Source: an uncultured Helicobacter sp.
GTDB taxonomy: Bacteria > Campylobacterota > Campylobacteria > Campylobacterales > Arcobacteraceae
NCBI GenBank assembly: GCA_964533335.1
Contig: CAZHJR010000007.1
Span: forward strand, 1-38,155
Direction of reading: 5' to 3'
Length of the DNA: 38,155 bases
The first letter of the stretch is position 1, and each line of letters begins with the position of its first letter. Made by a program: the position numbers and the translations under genes. Below, piece after piece: positions 8,365 to 18,294 of this stretch. The notes beneath the pieces were generated by a model. The model made no database searches and had not been told where the DNA came from. It saw only the letters and a list, made by a program, of their open reading frames with translations.

Positions 8365-9447
8365 ATGCTTTTTTTCAAACTCAGTAGCTTTTACCTTTTT
8401 TACTTTGCGGCCGTTGGAGTATATATTATATTCCTTCCTAAAGTGTTGCACGATATTGGATACTCTCCAACAGATATTGGGATAGTTTTGGCTCTTGCTC
8501 CACTCATGAGGTTTGCTACACCATTTTTATTTTTAAAACATATTACCTTAACTCAAAATCTTTTTAAAATTATTTTAGTCCTAAGTGTATTCTCCTCTTC
8601 ATTATTTTATGTAACTATCGATAATTTTTATCTCTTTATGATAAACAATGCCATTTTAGGGGTTTGTTTAAGTGTTCTACTCCCATATATTGAACTTATT
8701 GCTATTAAAGAGCTTAAAAATCTTTATGGAAAATCAAGACTTTTTGGTTCCATTGGATTTGCAATTATTAGTTTAGTTCTTGCCGCATATTTAACTGAAC
8801 CAAATATTGCATTGCATTATTATTTTGGAACTACTTTACTAACTGCGATTATTGCTTTTAGTCTTTTAAAGTATGATGAAAAAGAGTATCCTCAAACAGT
8901 AGATGATGAAAAGTTTTCACTTGTAAAATACTGGCCTTTTTGGGTTAGTTTATTTTTTATGCAGGTTAGTTTTGGTGGATATTATAACTTTTTTACGATT
9001 TATGAAACAGCTCAAGGGATAAGCTTAGAAACAGTGAGTTATCTTTGGGTTTTTGCTATTATTTGTGAAATTGCGATGTTTTATTATCAAGCACCACTTT
9101 TAAAAAGAAATCTTATCTTCATTATTAAACTATCAATTTTGGTAACTGCATTTAGATGGCTTATGCTCTATCTTTTTCCAGAGTCCCTAACTGTATCTTT
9201 TTTAACACAGTCACTCCATGCTTTTAGTTTTGGGCTTTATCATAGTGCTGTTATTTTATTTCTTTATAAAATTTATCAAAATAAAAAGCTAGCACAACAA
9301 TTTATGTTGGGTATAGCCTATGGTCTTGGAGGATTTATAGGTGCCCTTATTGCTGGGTATGTATATGGGAAATATCTTTTCTTTACAGCATTTTTGTTGG
9401 CTCTTTTTTCATTTTTATTTATAAGTAAGACAAAAGATTTAGATTAA
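8365..9447 (+). CDS. MFS transporter (MFS_1_like / HcaT-like)
   Basis: 360 aa, about 12 TM segments. The mid-protein YGKSRLFGSIGFAI motif resembles the HcaT / nucleoside-symporter-like MFS subgroup. Substrate unknown. Confidence 0.6.
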   Translation: MLFFKLSSFYLFYFAAVGVYIIFLPKVLHDIGYSPTDIGIVLALAPLMRFATPFLFLKHITLTQNLFKIILVLSVFSSSLFYVTIDNFYLFMINNAILGVCLSVLLPYIELIAIKELKNLYGKSRLFGSIGFAIISLVLAAYLTEPNIALHYYFGTTLLTAIIAFSLLKYDEKEYPQTVDDEKFSLVKYWPFWVSLFFMQVSFGGYYNFFTIYETAQGISLETVSYLWVFAIICEIAMFYYQAPLLKRNLIFIIKLSILVTAFRWLMLYLFPESLTVSFLTQSLHAFSFGLYHSAVILFLYKIYQNKKLAQQFMLGIAYGLGGFIGALIAGYVYGKYLFFTAFLLALFSFLFISKTKDLD

Positions 9448-9476
9448 TACAGATTATCTTTTTTTAAGTTTGTAGC

Positions 9477-9484
9477 TGTAAAAT
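9477..9484 (+). promoter_or_regulatory. putative -10 promoter (TGTAAAAT) for small membrane protein gene
   Basis: Lies about 35 nt upstream of ATG 9520. Prediction only. Confidence 0.35.
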
Positions 9485-9519
9485 CTACAACATATTACTA
9501 ATTACTAAAGGAGTAGGCT

Positions 9520-9720
9520 ATGTTAGATAACGAACCATCATTATCACAAATTGATGATTACAATGGAAATGAATCAAAAGAGAAAAGAAGTACAGTTAAT
9601 AAGGTGATTATTTTATGTTTAGCTGTTGGGGCTATCCTTGTGGCTTTAAAGTTGGCATACAACAATCCAGGTGATTATGTTGGAACTCCAGAAAATCCAG
9701 GAATCAATACAGCAAGATAA
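9520..9720 (+). CDS. small single-pass membrane protein, unknown function
   Basis: 66 aa. Strong SD (AAAGGAG), acidic N-terminus, one TM (VIILCLAVGAILVALKLA). Has its own -10 box and terminator hairpin. Confidence 0.55.
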   Translation: MLDNEPSLSQIDDYNGNESKEKRSTVNKVIILCLAVGAILVALKLAYNNPGDYVGTPENPGINTAR

Positions 9721-9736
9721 TTTTATCTTGCTTTTT
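9712..9736 (+). terminator. rho-independent terminator overlapping the stop of the 66-aa gene
   Basis: gcaagat (9712-9718) pairs with atcttgc (9725-9731) across a 6-nt loop, followed by TTTTT (9732-9736). Confidence 0.6.
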
Positions 9737-9923
9737 GAAACAAATATCTTATTTTTTCTATTTAAAATGATTTGAATTAAAATAAATCTTATAAGACACT
9801 TAATTTAAGCTTATTTTTAGTATATTTTGACTAATATTCCGCACAAACTTATAGAGAACTACAAAAAGGTTATCCCTTCATATATTTCTTTTTAGTAAAA
9901 CAATAAATCAAAAGGAGAACTCG

Positions 9924-10346
9924 ATGAAATTTACTAAATCAGTAAACCAAGCCGAAGTCCAAAAAAATTGGGTTGTAGTAGATGCTAAAGATAAAATCTT
10001 TGGTAGAGTTATTACAGAAGTTGCAGCAACATTAAGAGGAAAACACAAACCATCTTTTACTCCAAATGTTGATTGTGGAGATTATGTAATCGTTATCAAT
10101 GCAGGTGCTGTTAAATTTACAGGTGCTAAATTAGCTACTAAAAATTATTTTACACACTCTGGATATTTTGGAAGTACAAAAACTCACAAAATGTCAGATA
10201 TGCTTACAAACAATCCTGAAAAATTATTCAAATTGTCTGTAAGAGGAATGCTTCCTAAAACAAAATTAGGTGCAAAAATGCTTAAAAATTTAAAAGTGTA
10301 TGAAGGTGCTGAACACCCACATACTGCACAAGTTAAGGGAGAATAA
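9924..10346 (+). CDS. rplM: 50S ribosomal protein L13
   Basis: 140 aa. ..[35 protein letters not shown] is canonical L13. Confidence 0.95.
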   Translation: MKFTKSVNQAEVQKNWVVVDAKDKIFGRVITEVAATLRGKHKPSFTPNVDCGDYVIVINAGAVKFTGAKLATKNYFTHSGYFGSTKTHKMSDMLTNNPEKLFKLSVRGMLPKTKLGAKMLKNLKVYEGAEHPHTAQVKGE

Positions 10347-10348
10347 TA

Positions 10349-10738
10349 ATGGCAAAAGTATATGCAACTGGTAGAAGAAAAACAGCTATTGCTAAAGTTT
10401 GGCTAGAAGTTGGTAAAGGTGAAATTTTAGTAAATGACAAATCTTTAAATGAGTGGCTTGGTGGTCACGAAGCACTTAAAATGAGAGTAAAACAACCTTT
10501 ATCTGTTTCTAAACAATTAGAATCAGTAAACATTGTAGCTCAAACTTTAGGTGGTGGATACTCTGCTCAAGCTGATGCTTTAAGACACGGGATTTCAAGA
10601 GCTTTAGTTAAATATGATGAAAACTTCAAAACTATTTTAAAACCATTTGGTCTTCTTACAAGAGATTCAAGATCTGTTGAAAGAAAAAAACCAGGAAAGA
10701 AAAAAGCAAGAAAAAGCACACAATTCTCAAAAAGATAA
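10349..10738 (+). CDS. rpsI: 30S ribosomal protein S9
   Basis: 129 aa. [10 protein letters not shown] start and the basic ..[18 protein letters not shown] end are canonical S9. Confidence 0.95.
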   Translation: MAKVYATGRRKTAIAKVWLEVGKGEILVNDKSLNEWLGGHEALKMRVKQPLSVSKQLESVNIVAQTLGGGYSAQADALRHGISRALVKYDENFKTILKPFGLLTRDSRSVERKKPGKKKARKSTQFSKR

Positions 10739-10764
10739 TCTTTTTGTTTACGAAACTTTTTCAA

Positions 10765-12297
10765 ATGGTGGGGAGATATCTATCTTCTTACCATTTTTTT
10801 TTAGCTTTATTTTTAATCTTCTTTACAACTTCAACAAGCTTTGCTTCAACTCTCAACCTCTCAATATCATCAAATCCAAGTAGAATCAATCCTATTTTAG
10901 CAACAGATAGTGCAAGTAGCACAATAAGTGAGCATATTTTTAGTGGATTATTTAAATACAATAAAGATGGCAAAGTTATTTGTGATATGGCAAAGAGTTA
11001 TGAACTTACAACCCCAATAAGATTAAAAATAAAACTAAAAGAGAATATATTCTGGCATGATGGTGCAAAGTTTAGTGCAGATGATGTAATCTTCACTTTT
11101 AAAACTATCAACAATCCAAAGATTTTTACACCACTTGCAACCGATTTTGAAAAAGTCAAAGAGGTTAAAAAAATCAATGATTTTGAACTAGAAATTATCT
11201 ACAAAGAACCATATTTTAAGGCTTTACATATCTGGATGGTTGGAATTCTGCCGTATCATATTTTAAAAAATGAAAAAGATTTAATGAGTTCAAGATTTAA
11301 TAAAAATCCAATTGGTACAGGGACATATAAACTCGACAAATTTATTCCATCGCAAGATATCGTTTTAAAAGCCTATGATGGATACTACGAGGGAAGAGCT
11401 AAAATCGATATGATTCGATATAAGTTTATTCCAGATATTGGTACATCTTTTTCTATGCTCAAAACAAAAAAACTTGATATTGACGGACTTTCACCACTTC
11501 AAATTGATAGGCAACTTCCAAAAGATTTCTATCAAAACTTTACTATTTATGAAAAACAAAGCTTCGCTTACACCTATCTTGGATTTAACCTCAAAGATAA
11601 AAAATGGCAAAATAAAAAATTACGAGAAGCTATTGATTTTGCAATTGACAAAAAAGAGATGGTTGATATTCTTTTCTTCTCTCATGGAAAAATTTGTACT
11701 GGACCATTTTTACCAAATAGCTTTGCATTTAATGAAAATATAAAAGCTTCTTCACTCAATATTCAAAAATCGAAACAACTTCTTAAAGAGCTAGGATTTG
11801 ATGAAAAAAATCGTTTTTCATTTACTCTATTTACTAATGCCAATAATCCAATTAGACTCAATGCTGCTCTTATTATCCAACATCAGCTCAAAAAGGTAAA
11901 TATTGATATGAAGATAAAAGTTTTAGAGTGGCAAGCATTTTTAAACACTATAGTTATGCCAAAGAAATTTGATGCTATTTTGCTTGGATGGGGACTTGGT
12001 TTGATGCCAGATGCAAGGTCAATTTGGCATAGTAAAAGTGATACAAAAGGGGGCTTCAATCTTGTTGGATACAATAACAAAAAAGTTGATAGTGCTATAG
12101 AAATCGCTGAAACTACTACTGATGAAAAAACACTTTCCAAAATATATAAAGAGATTTTTTCAGATATAGCAAATGATTTGCCCTATATTTTTCTCTATAT
12201 TCCAAATGATATTACAGCTGTTTCAAAAGATATCAAAAATGTATCAAACTCTTTTATTGGGATATCCCACAACCAAAAAGAGTGGATAAAAGAGTAG
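10765..12297 (+). CDS. ABC transporter substrate-binding protein, family 5 (peptide/nickel/opine type), orphan
   Basis: About 510 aa with a signal peptide, then family-5 SBP features (INPILATDSAS..SGLFKYNKDGKV, HDGAKFSADDVIFTF, NPIGTGTYKL). The ORF is open back to TTG 10744. ATG 10765 was chosen without a clear SD. Confidence 0.7.
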   Translation: MVGRYLSSYHFFLALFLIFFTTSTSFASTLNLSISSNPSRINPILATDSASSTISEHIFSGLFKYNKDGKVICDMAKSYELTTPIRLKIKLKENIFWHDGAKFSADDVIFTFKTINNPKIFTPLATDFEKVKEVKKINDFELEIIYKEPYFKALHIWMVGILPYHILKNEKDLMSSRFNKNPIGTGTYKLDKFIPSQDIVLKAYDGYYEGRAKIDMIRYKFIPDIGTSFSMLKTKKLDIDGLSPLQIDRQLPKDFYQNFTIYEKQSFAYTYLGFNLKDKKWQNKKLREAIDFAIDKKEMVDILFFSHGKICTGPFLPNSFAFNENIKASSLNIQKSKQLLKELGFDEKNRFSFTLFTNANNPIRLNAALIIQHQLKKVNIDMKIKVLEWQAFLNTIVMPKKFDAILLGWGLGLMPDARSIWHSKSDTKGGFNLVGYNNKKVDSAIEIAETTTDEKTLSKIYKEIFSDIANDLPYIFLYIPNDITAVSKDIKNVSNSFIGISHNQKEWIKE

Positions 12298-12299
12298 CT

Positions 12300-13073
12300 C
12301 TAAGTAAGTACCACCACTCCATTGACAACTACTATTTTTCCTAAAAGTTCATATTCAAAAACTTTAGCTCCATAAAGTGATACAACCTCATCGTAACTAG
12401 GATTTTTTTTACAAAATTCCAAAAAATCATCATTGTAATACTGGGTAGTTTTTCCATATCCAAGTGAAGTTATAAAGTTATCAACATCATAAATCGCAGT
12501 TGCTAAACCCTCTTTTAAAAGCCTATTTGTCCCCTCACTTTCTCCAATTCTATGAGGAATTGTATAGACCTTTTTACCCATTTTTAAAGCAAATTCTACA
12601 CTTCGTAAACTTCCACTATTTAGATCTGCTTGGGTTACAATAAGAACCTCTCCAAGAGCGACAACAATCTCATTTCTCTCTACAAATGTATAGCTTCTTG
12701 CAACCGATTTTGGTGGATAACTACTCAAAATCAACGAGTTCTTTTCTATCTGGGTGATAAGATTTTTATTGATTGCTGGGTATTTGATATCAAGTCCATT
12801 TGCAACAACTGCAATTGTATTTGACCCTGCATTTTGATGAGCTATCGCATCAACACCCATAGCAGCTCCACTCACAATAACTACTCCAGTATCGACAAGT
12901 TTTTTTGAAATCTCAGCAGTTAAAAATTTCGTGTACCCATTAGGCTTTCTAGTCCCAACAATTGAAATCATTGGTTTGTGTAGTAAATTGGTATCTCCTA
13001 TATAATATATCTCATAAGGATATTTTTTCATCCCTTCAAGTTGTTTGATATGAAAATCTATCGTTTGCATCAT
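12300..13073 (-). CDS. dprA: DNA processing protein DprA
   Basis: 257 aa. IVGTRKP..Y, VIVSGAAMGVDAIAHQ and GSLRSVEFALKMGKKVY are DprA Rossmann-domain motifs. Confidence 0.88.
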   Translation of the reverse strand: MMQTIDFHIKQLEGMKKYPYEIYYIGDTNLLHKPMISIVGTRKPNGYTKFLTAEISKKLVDTGVVIVSGAAMGVDAIAHQNAGSNTIAVVANGLDIKYPAINKNLITQIEKNSLILSSYPPKSVARSYTFVERNEIVVALGEVLIVTQADLNSGSLRSVEFALKMGKKVYTIPHRIGESEGTNRLLKEGLATAIYDVDNFITSLGYGKTTQYYNDDFLEFCKKNPSYDEVVSLYGAKVFEYELLGKIVVVNGVVVLT

Positions 13074-14257
13074 ATTTTATCTATAGTAACTGTATCAATC
13101 CCTTTTAGCATCTCTTTTGATTCTTTTAAAGCCTCAAAAGTTGTACTATAAGGATGTCCAATAGCAATTGCACTTCCACTTTTTTTAGCTATCTCTACAG
13201 CTTTTTGTAACTGAATTTTAATTGCATTTTTTGATTGGATATTATCTAAAAAGATATTTCTTCCAATATATCGCATACCATATTTTGAAGCATATTGCTT
13301 CACAACCGATGCAGGTGTTGTTCTACTATCAACAAACTGAATATTGTGATTTTTTAACACTTGGATAAGCTTATCCATAGATTCATCATCAGCAGTAAAT
13401 TTACTCCCCGTATGATTATTATAATACACCGCTCTTGGATAGAGACTTTTTAGTTGCTTTATTTTCTTTTCTATTGTTGCTAAATCATCACCCACATGTA
13501 AAGTATCACTCTCTTCTGCACTTCTTGTAGTTGCTTCAAGTGGTAAATGTACCATATAATCATTCAATGATTGTGTAATAGTTGCAGAATCTTTATGTGT
13601 TTTAGTAGGTGGCATAAAAGCCATGGTGATTGGATAACCTATCTCTTGAATTTTTTGTATATGTCTTTTAGTGCTTACATCATCTATAATGATAACAAGT
13701 TTTGCTGTTCCACTTTGCTTTTGTATAGTTGGTTGTTCTGATATCTGTTGTTTGGTTTTAGTTGTTTCAACTTCAGGATATTTTTCTTTTGAAACTTTTT
13801 CCATTATCACTTTTTTTTCTTTTTCTGTTTCTTTCTTTTGAATAACTTTTTGTGTCTCTACTTTTGGTTTTGAAGTTTCTTCTTGTTTTGCTTCAGGGAT
13901 AGTTTTTGTTGCAATCTTCTCTTCAGTATCAAAAAAACTAAATTTTTTTTCTGACTCTTGTTGTTTTGTTGGTGTTTTTTCAACCTTCTCAATAGGTTCA
14001 TCATCAACATATTCAATCTCTAAAGCTTTTGTTTTCTCTTCATATTTATGAGAAGAATCTTCTGATAATGGAGCTTTTTGAGGAAGAACTGCTACTGTTT
14101 TATTTGACTCTTCATCTTCAGGTATCGTATCAAAAATAAATATCTTTGCTAGAATAACGATAAGAGCTAAAAAAAAGAGTATAACAGCAATATTTATATA
14201 TTTTGTTGATGTTTGTTTTGAAAATTTAATTGCTCTTCTTTTTCTTTTTGTTGACAA
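13070..14257 (-). CDS. divergent polysaccharide deacetylase (YibQ-like) with N-terminal TM anchor and long K/E/T/Q-rich linker
   Basis: 395 aa. The C-terminal about 200 aa carry LVIIIDDV.., MVHLPLE, NNHTGSKFT and AIAIGHP, as in the YibQ family. Stop overlaps the dprA ATG region (ATGA). Confidence 0.65.
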   Translation of the reverse strand: MSTKRKRRAIKFSKQTSTKYINIAVILFFLALIVILAKIFIFDTIPEDEESNKTVAVLPQKAPLSEDSSHKYEEKTKALEIEYVDDEPIEKVEKTPTKQQESEKKFSFFDTEEKIATKTIPEAKQEETSKPKVETQKVIQKKETEKEKKVIMEKVSKEKYPEVETTKTKQQISEQPTIQKQSGTAKLVIIIDDVSTKRHIQKIQEIGYPITMAFMPPTKTHKDSATITQSLNDYMVHLPLEATTRSAEESDTLHVGDDLATIEKKIKQLKSLYPRAVYYNNHTGSKFTADDESMDKLIQVLKNHNIQFVDSRTTPASVVKQYASKYGMRYIGRNIFLDNIQSKNAIKIQLQKAVEIAKKSGSAIAIGHPYSTTFEALKESKEMLKGIDTVTIDKI

Positions 14258-14284
14258 TATAATATCTTTTTGTAGATTTGTAAC

Positions 14285-14304
14285 CCAGCAGAGAACTCTG
14301 CTGG
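14285..14304 (-). terminator. GC-rich hairpin 8 nt downstream of ilvC stop (atypical terminator or RNA-stabilising stem)
   Basis: ccagcag (14285-14291) pairs with ctgctgg (14298-14304). In the ilvC (-) orientation an A run precedes the stem but no U run follows. The T run is on the + side. Confidence 0.35.
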
Positions 14305-14311
14305 TATTTTT

Positions 14312-15385
<1,074 letters not shown>

Positions 15386-15409
15386 TTAAGTTAAGACTCA
15401 ATCAAGTAA

Positions 15410-17473
15410 TTACACATCCGCTGAAATCTTGCGAGGTAAACTTACGCTAAAACAAGCCCCATTGTATATTATTCCATCCAATTCTTGAACTATATTTTTA
15501 ACACTTAAACTACCATGCATATTTTTTTCAATAATGTCCTTACTCATATAAAGCCCTATTCCTGTCCCTTGAGATTGATGTTTAGTTGTAAAATATGGAT
15601 CAAATATCTTTTCTATAATCGCTTCAGGAATCCCTCCAGCATTATCTTGGAAATAAAGGATATTATCTGTTTTAGTTACCTCACTATACACATAAACTCC
15701 TCTATGTATTGGCTTTTTCTCAATAATTGCATCTCTTGCATTATTTAAAATATTTAAAAATGCCTGCGACACCTCACTTGGCATACCATGTGATAGAAGT
15801 GCTACATCGCTGATATTTGTTTGAATCTCGATATTATTATCTTTATAAGTTGCCCCAGTAATTGCTAATGTATTTCTTAGAACATCTCGTATATCAAAAT
15901 CAACTTTGACCTTATCTTCTTTAAAGAAACCTCTAAAATCCTCTATTGTTTGTGTTAAAAACTGAACATAGTTTTTAATATCACTATAGGATTTTTTAAT
16001 ATCATCATTTGAAGCTATCCCCAATTCCATTTGCAACTCAACTCCAGAAGCTGTTGAGCTTATTGCACTTAAAGGTTGTCGCCACTGATGTGCAATGTTC
16101 CCTAGCATCTCTCCGAGTGCTGCAAATCTTGATTGTTGAATCATTTGCTTATCTTTTTCTCGATTTTTTTCAAGCTCCTCTTGAATTCTCTCTTCAAGTT
16201 TACCATTAAGTGTTTGCAACTCTTTTGTTTTAAGGGCAATCATCCCCTCAAGATTATCATTAAGATCAGCTAATTGTTTTCTTGATTTTACCTCGCTTGT
16301 AATATCATTAAGGACAATAACAATGATATATTTACCTTCTGAGTCTAAAAACTTTTTGTTTGCTACAATCGAGAAATGATGGTCTTCTCGTCCATTATTT
16401 AAAACAACTTTGAAATTCTTTTCTCTATTTTCAAGTATATAATGCACCCAAGTTACTTCATCATATCTAGATTGAGTAAGATAACTATCATCAGGAACAT
16501 CTTTTTCAAACAAATCACAAATACAAGCATATTTTGCTTTAAATTCCTCAATAGAATCAATAAAATCAAAGAAATTGGCAATCGCTTCATTTGCTTCAAC
16601 CATATGTACCCCATCTGAAACAATAACCATATTCTCTTGACCATCTAAAATAGCTTTTACAAAGCTTTCTTTGAGTTCTAAATCTTTATTTGCTACCTCT
16701 AATTGATGATTTTCCTGATTTATGATTTGACTAATCCAAAAACCAAAAAGTGTAGTAATTACAATAACAGAAACAGTAAGAAGCAACCTAATTTTTAGAT
16801 ATTCATCTTGTTTTTGAAGTTTCTCTTCTTTGATATTTTTAAGCTCAAGATCCCCTTCATAAAGAAGTCTTTTTATATTTTCACTCATACGATTAAAAAA
16901 AGCTGGTGTGGTTTTATAATATCTTGAAAGCTCTCCATTGACCTCTATCAAATCTTTATAATTTTCATCCATTGTGCTGTGATACCGCTTATCGAGTAGC
17001 AAATCAACAATTGCAATCATCTCTCTAAGCTCGGCTAGTTTTGGTTGAATATCAATCACTTCTAAAGAGACAGGTTGACCACTTATCTTTGGATCATAAG
17101 TAACCTCAGTTATCGTTTCATTTGCACCAATCATATTAAGTTCAATATGTCGCTTAAGAGTTCCACCCTTTTGGAGCACTAAAAGAGAATCATTAATATT
17201 TTCTATGAGATGTTCTATTTTTGTTACTACGATTTCCCTTGATTTTGGTGTATTTGTTGCGATAGCTAATTCAAAGAAAAGTGCTTTTAAGCCTTGAATA
17301 TCCTCTGATACATACTCAGCAATTTTCATCCTTTTTTCATAACTTTTAGTTTTTACATTCAGCTCTTCAATCAATTCTGAAAAGACCTGATTAACTACAA
17401 ATAAAGAGATAAATCCAATAACAAACAGTGAAACGAGTATATGAAGCTTATTTGAAGTTTTAATTTTTCCCAT
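15410..17473 (-). CDS. membrane sensor histidine kinase (about 200-aa helical periplasmic domain, PAS, HxWRQPL H-box, HATPase)
   Basis: 687 aa. TM1 near aa 10-30, TM2 near aa 225-248, a PAS-like region, H-box LGNIAHQWRQPL, N-box ILNNARDA, G-boxes DNAGGI / GTGIGLYMSK. Confidence 0.85.
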   Translation of the reverse strand: MGKIKTSNKLHILVSLFVIGFISLFVVNQVFSELIEELNVKTKSYEKRMKIAEYVSEDIQGLKALFFELAIATNTPKSREIVVTKIEHLIENINDSLLVLQKGGTLKRHIELNMIGANETITEVTYDPKISGQPVSLEVIDIQPKLAELREMIAIVDLLLDKRYHSTMDENYKDLIEVNGELSRYYKTTPAFFNRMSENIKRLLYEGDLELKNIKEEKLQKQDEYLKIRLLLTVSVIVITTLFGFWISQIINQENHQLEVANKDLELKESFVKAILDGQENMVIVSDGVHMVEANEAIANFFDFIDSIEEFKAKYACICDLFEKDVPDDSYLTQSRYDEVTWVHYILENREKNFKVVLNNGREDHHFSIVANKKFLDSEGKYIIVIVLNDITSEVKSRKQLADLNDNLEGMIALKTKELQTLNGKLEERIQEELEKNREKDKQMIQQSRFAALGEMLGNIAHQWRQPLSAISSTASGVELQMELGIASNDDIKKSYSDIKNYVQFLTQTIEDFRGFFKEDKVKVDFDIRDVLRNTLAITGATYKDNNIEIQTNISDVALLSHGMPSEVSQAFLNILNNARDAIIEKKPIHRGVYVYSEVTKTDNILYFQDNAGGIPEAIIEKIFDPYFTTKHQSQGTGIGLYMSKDIIEKNMHGSLSVKNIVQELDGIIYNGACFSVSLPRKISADV

Positions 17474-17478
17474 AAACC

Positions 17479-18240
17479 CTATCTAAATCCATATTTTTTC
17501 ATTACAGCTTCCCCATGCTTTGATGATGCAAAATCTACAAATTTCTCTGCTAATGCTTTGTTTTTTGTAAAACTAAGTGTTGCTAAAACTATTTTTTGTT
17601 TTGGTGCATATTTTTCATCTATAGGAACTATAGTGATATTTTTTTTAATTTCAGGTGCTACACCAGCTGCTATCCAGTTGATAGTCATATCTACTTGGGG
17701 TTTTAAAAGACTTGCATTTAAACTTCTTGAATCGGTTCCAACCTCAAGAGCTGAATCAAATGCTTGATTAAAAAACTTCTCCCCTTTATAGTTTACAAGG
17801 ATTTTTTTTGTCATCTTTCCAATACTTCCACTCTCTGGATTACATAAACAAGTTCCAAGATTACCATCTATCAAACTCTCTAAATCTTTAATTTTTTTTG
17901 GATTCCCATTTTTAACAAAAATAGCTGCTTGGTTAAATCCTACATAAGCTTGTTTTCCAAAAAGACCATCTTTCCCATATTCTTTAAGATAATTTTCAGA
18001 CCCTGGAAGATAAAAATCACCTTGTTTTGAAAGTTTCAAAGAATCATACAAATCCTCACTTCCACCTTGAATAATCTTAATTGTACAATTATTTGTTTTT
18101 TCAAATTCTGATGCAAGTTCTTGCATCGGTTTTACCATTGTAATCCCACAATAAAACAACATTGTTGGCTTTGCAGCACCAAATAATGAACTTCCAATGA
18201 AAGCCAAAATCATAAACGATTTTAAAAGTAACTTGAACAT
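17479..18240 (-). CDS. periplasmic ModA/TupA-like (oxyanion-type) substrate-binding protein
   Basis: 253 aa. Signal peptide, QGGSEDLYDSL..GDFYLPGS aligning to the ModA SSG.L..QI..GAPADLF.SA region, and a C-terminal ..KKYGFR like ModA ..KRYGF. No ABC permease or ATPase nearby. Stop lies 5 nt before the kinase ATG. Confidence 0.6.
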   Translation of the reverse strand: MFKLLLKSFMILAFIGSSLFGAAKPTMLFYCGITMVKPMQELASEFEKTNNCTIKIIQGGSEDLYDSLKLSKQGDFYLPGSENYLKEYGKDGLFGKQAYVGFNQAAIFVKNGNPKKIKDLESLIDGNLGTCLCNPESGSIGKMTKKILVNYKGEKFFNQAFDSALEVGTDSRSLNASLLKPQVDMTINWIAAGVAPEIKKNITIVPIDEKYAPKQKIVLATLSFTKNKALAEKFVDFASSKHGEAVMKKYGFR

Positions 18241-18294
18241 AAAACATCCTTTTTAATTGGTTATTGAGTATTATTCCATAAAGAATATAAGGAG

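Noticed and set aside
10647-10883. 78-aa ORF bridging the rpsI 3' end and the SBP gene start, and the 65-aa antisense ORF at 10567-10764
   Set aside because: Both are out of frame with or opposite to S9 and the SBP signal peptide, and neither has independent start signals. They are shadow ORFs.
16453-16644. Same-strand alternative-frame ORFs inside larger genes (63 aa inside the histidine kinase at 16453-16644; 101 aa inside the SBP gene at 11438-11743)
   Set aside because: There is no SD, and the products are Leu/Ile/Lys-rich nonsense typical of a shifted frame. The host frames carry intact PAS and SBP motifs across these regions.
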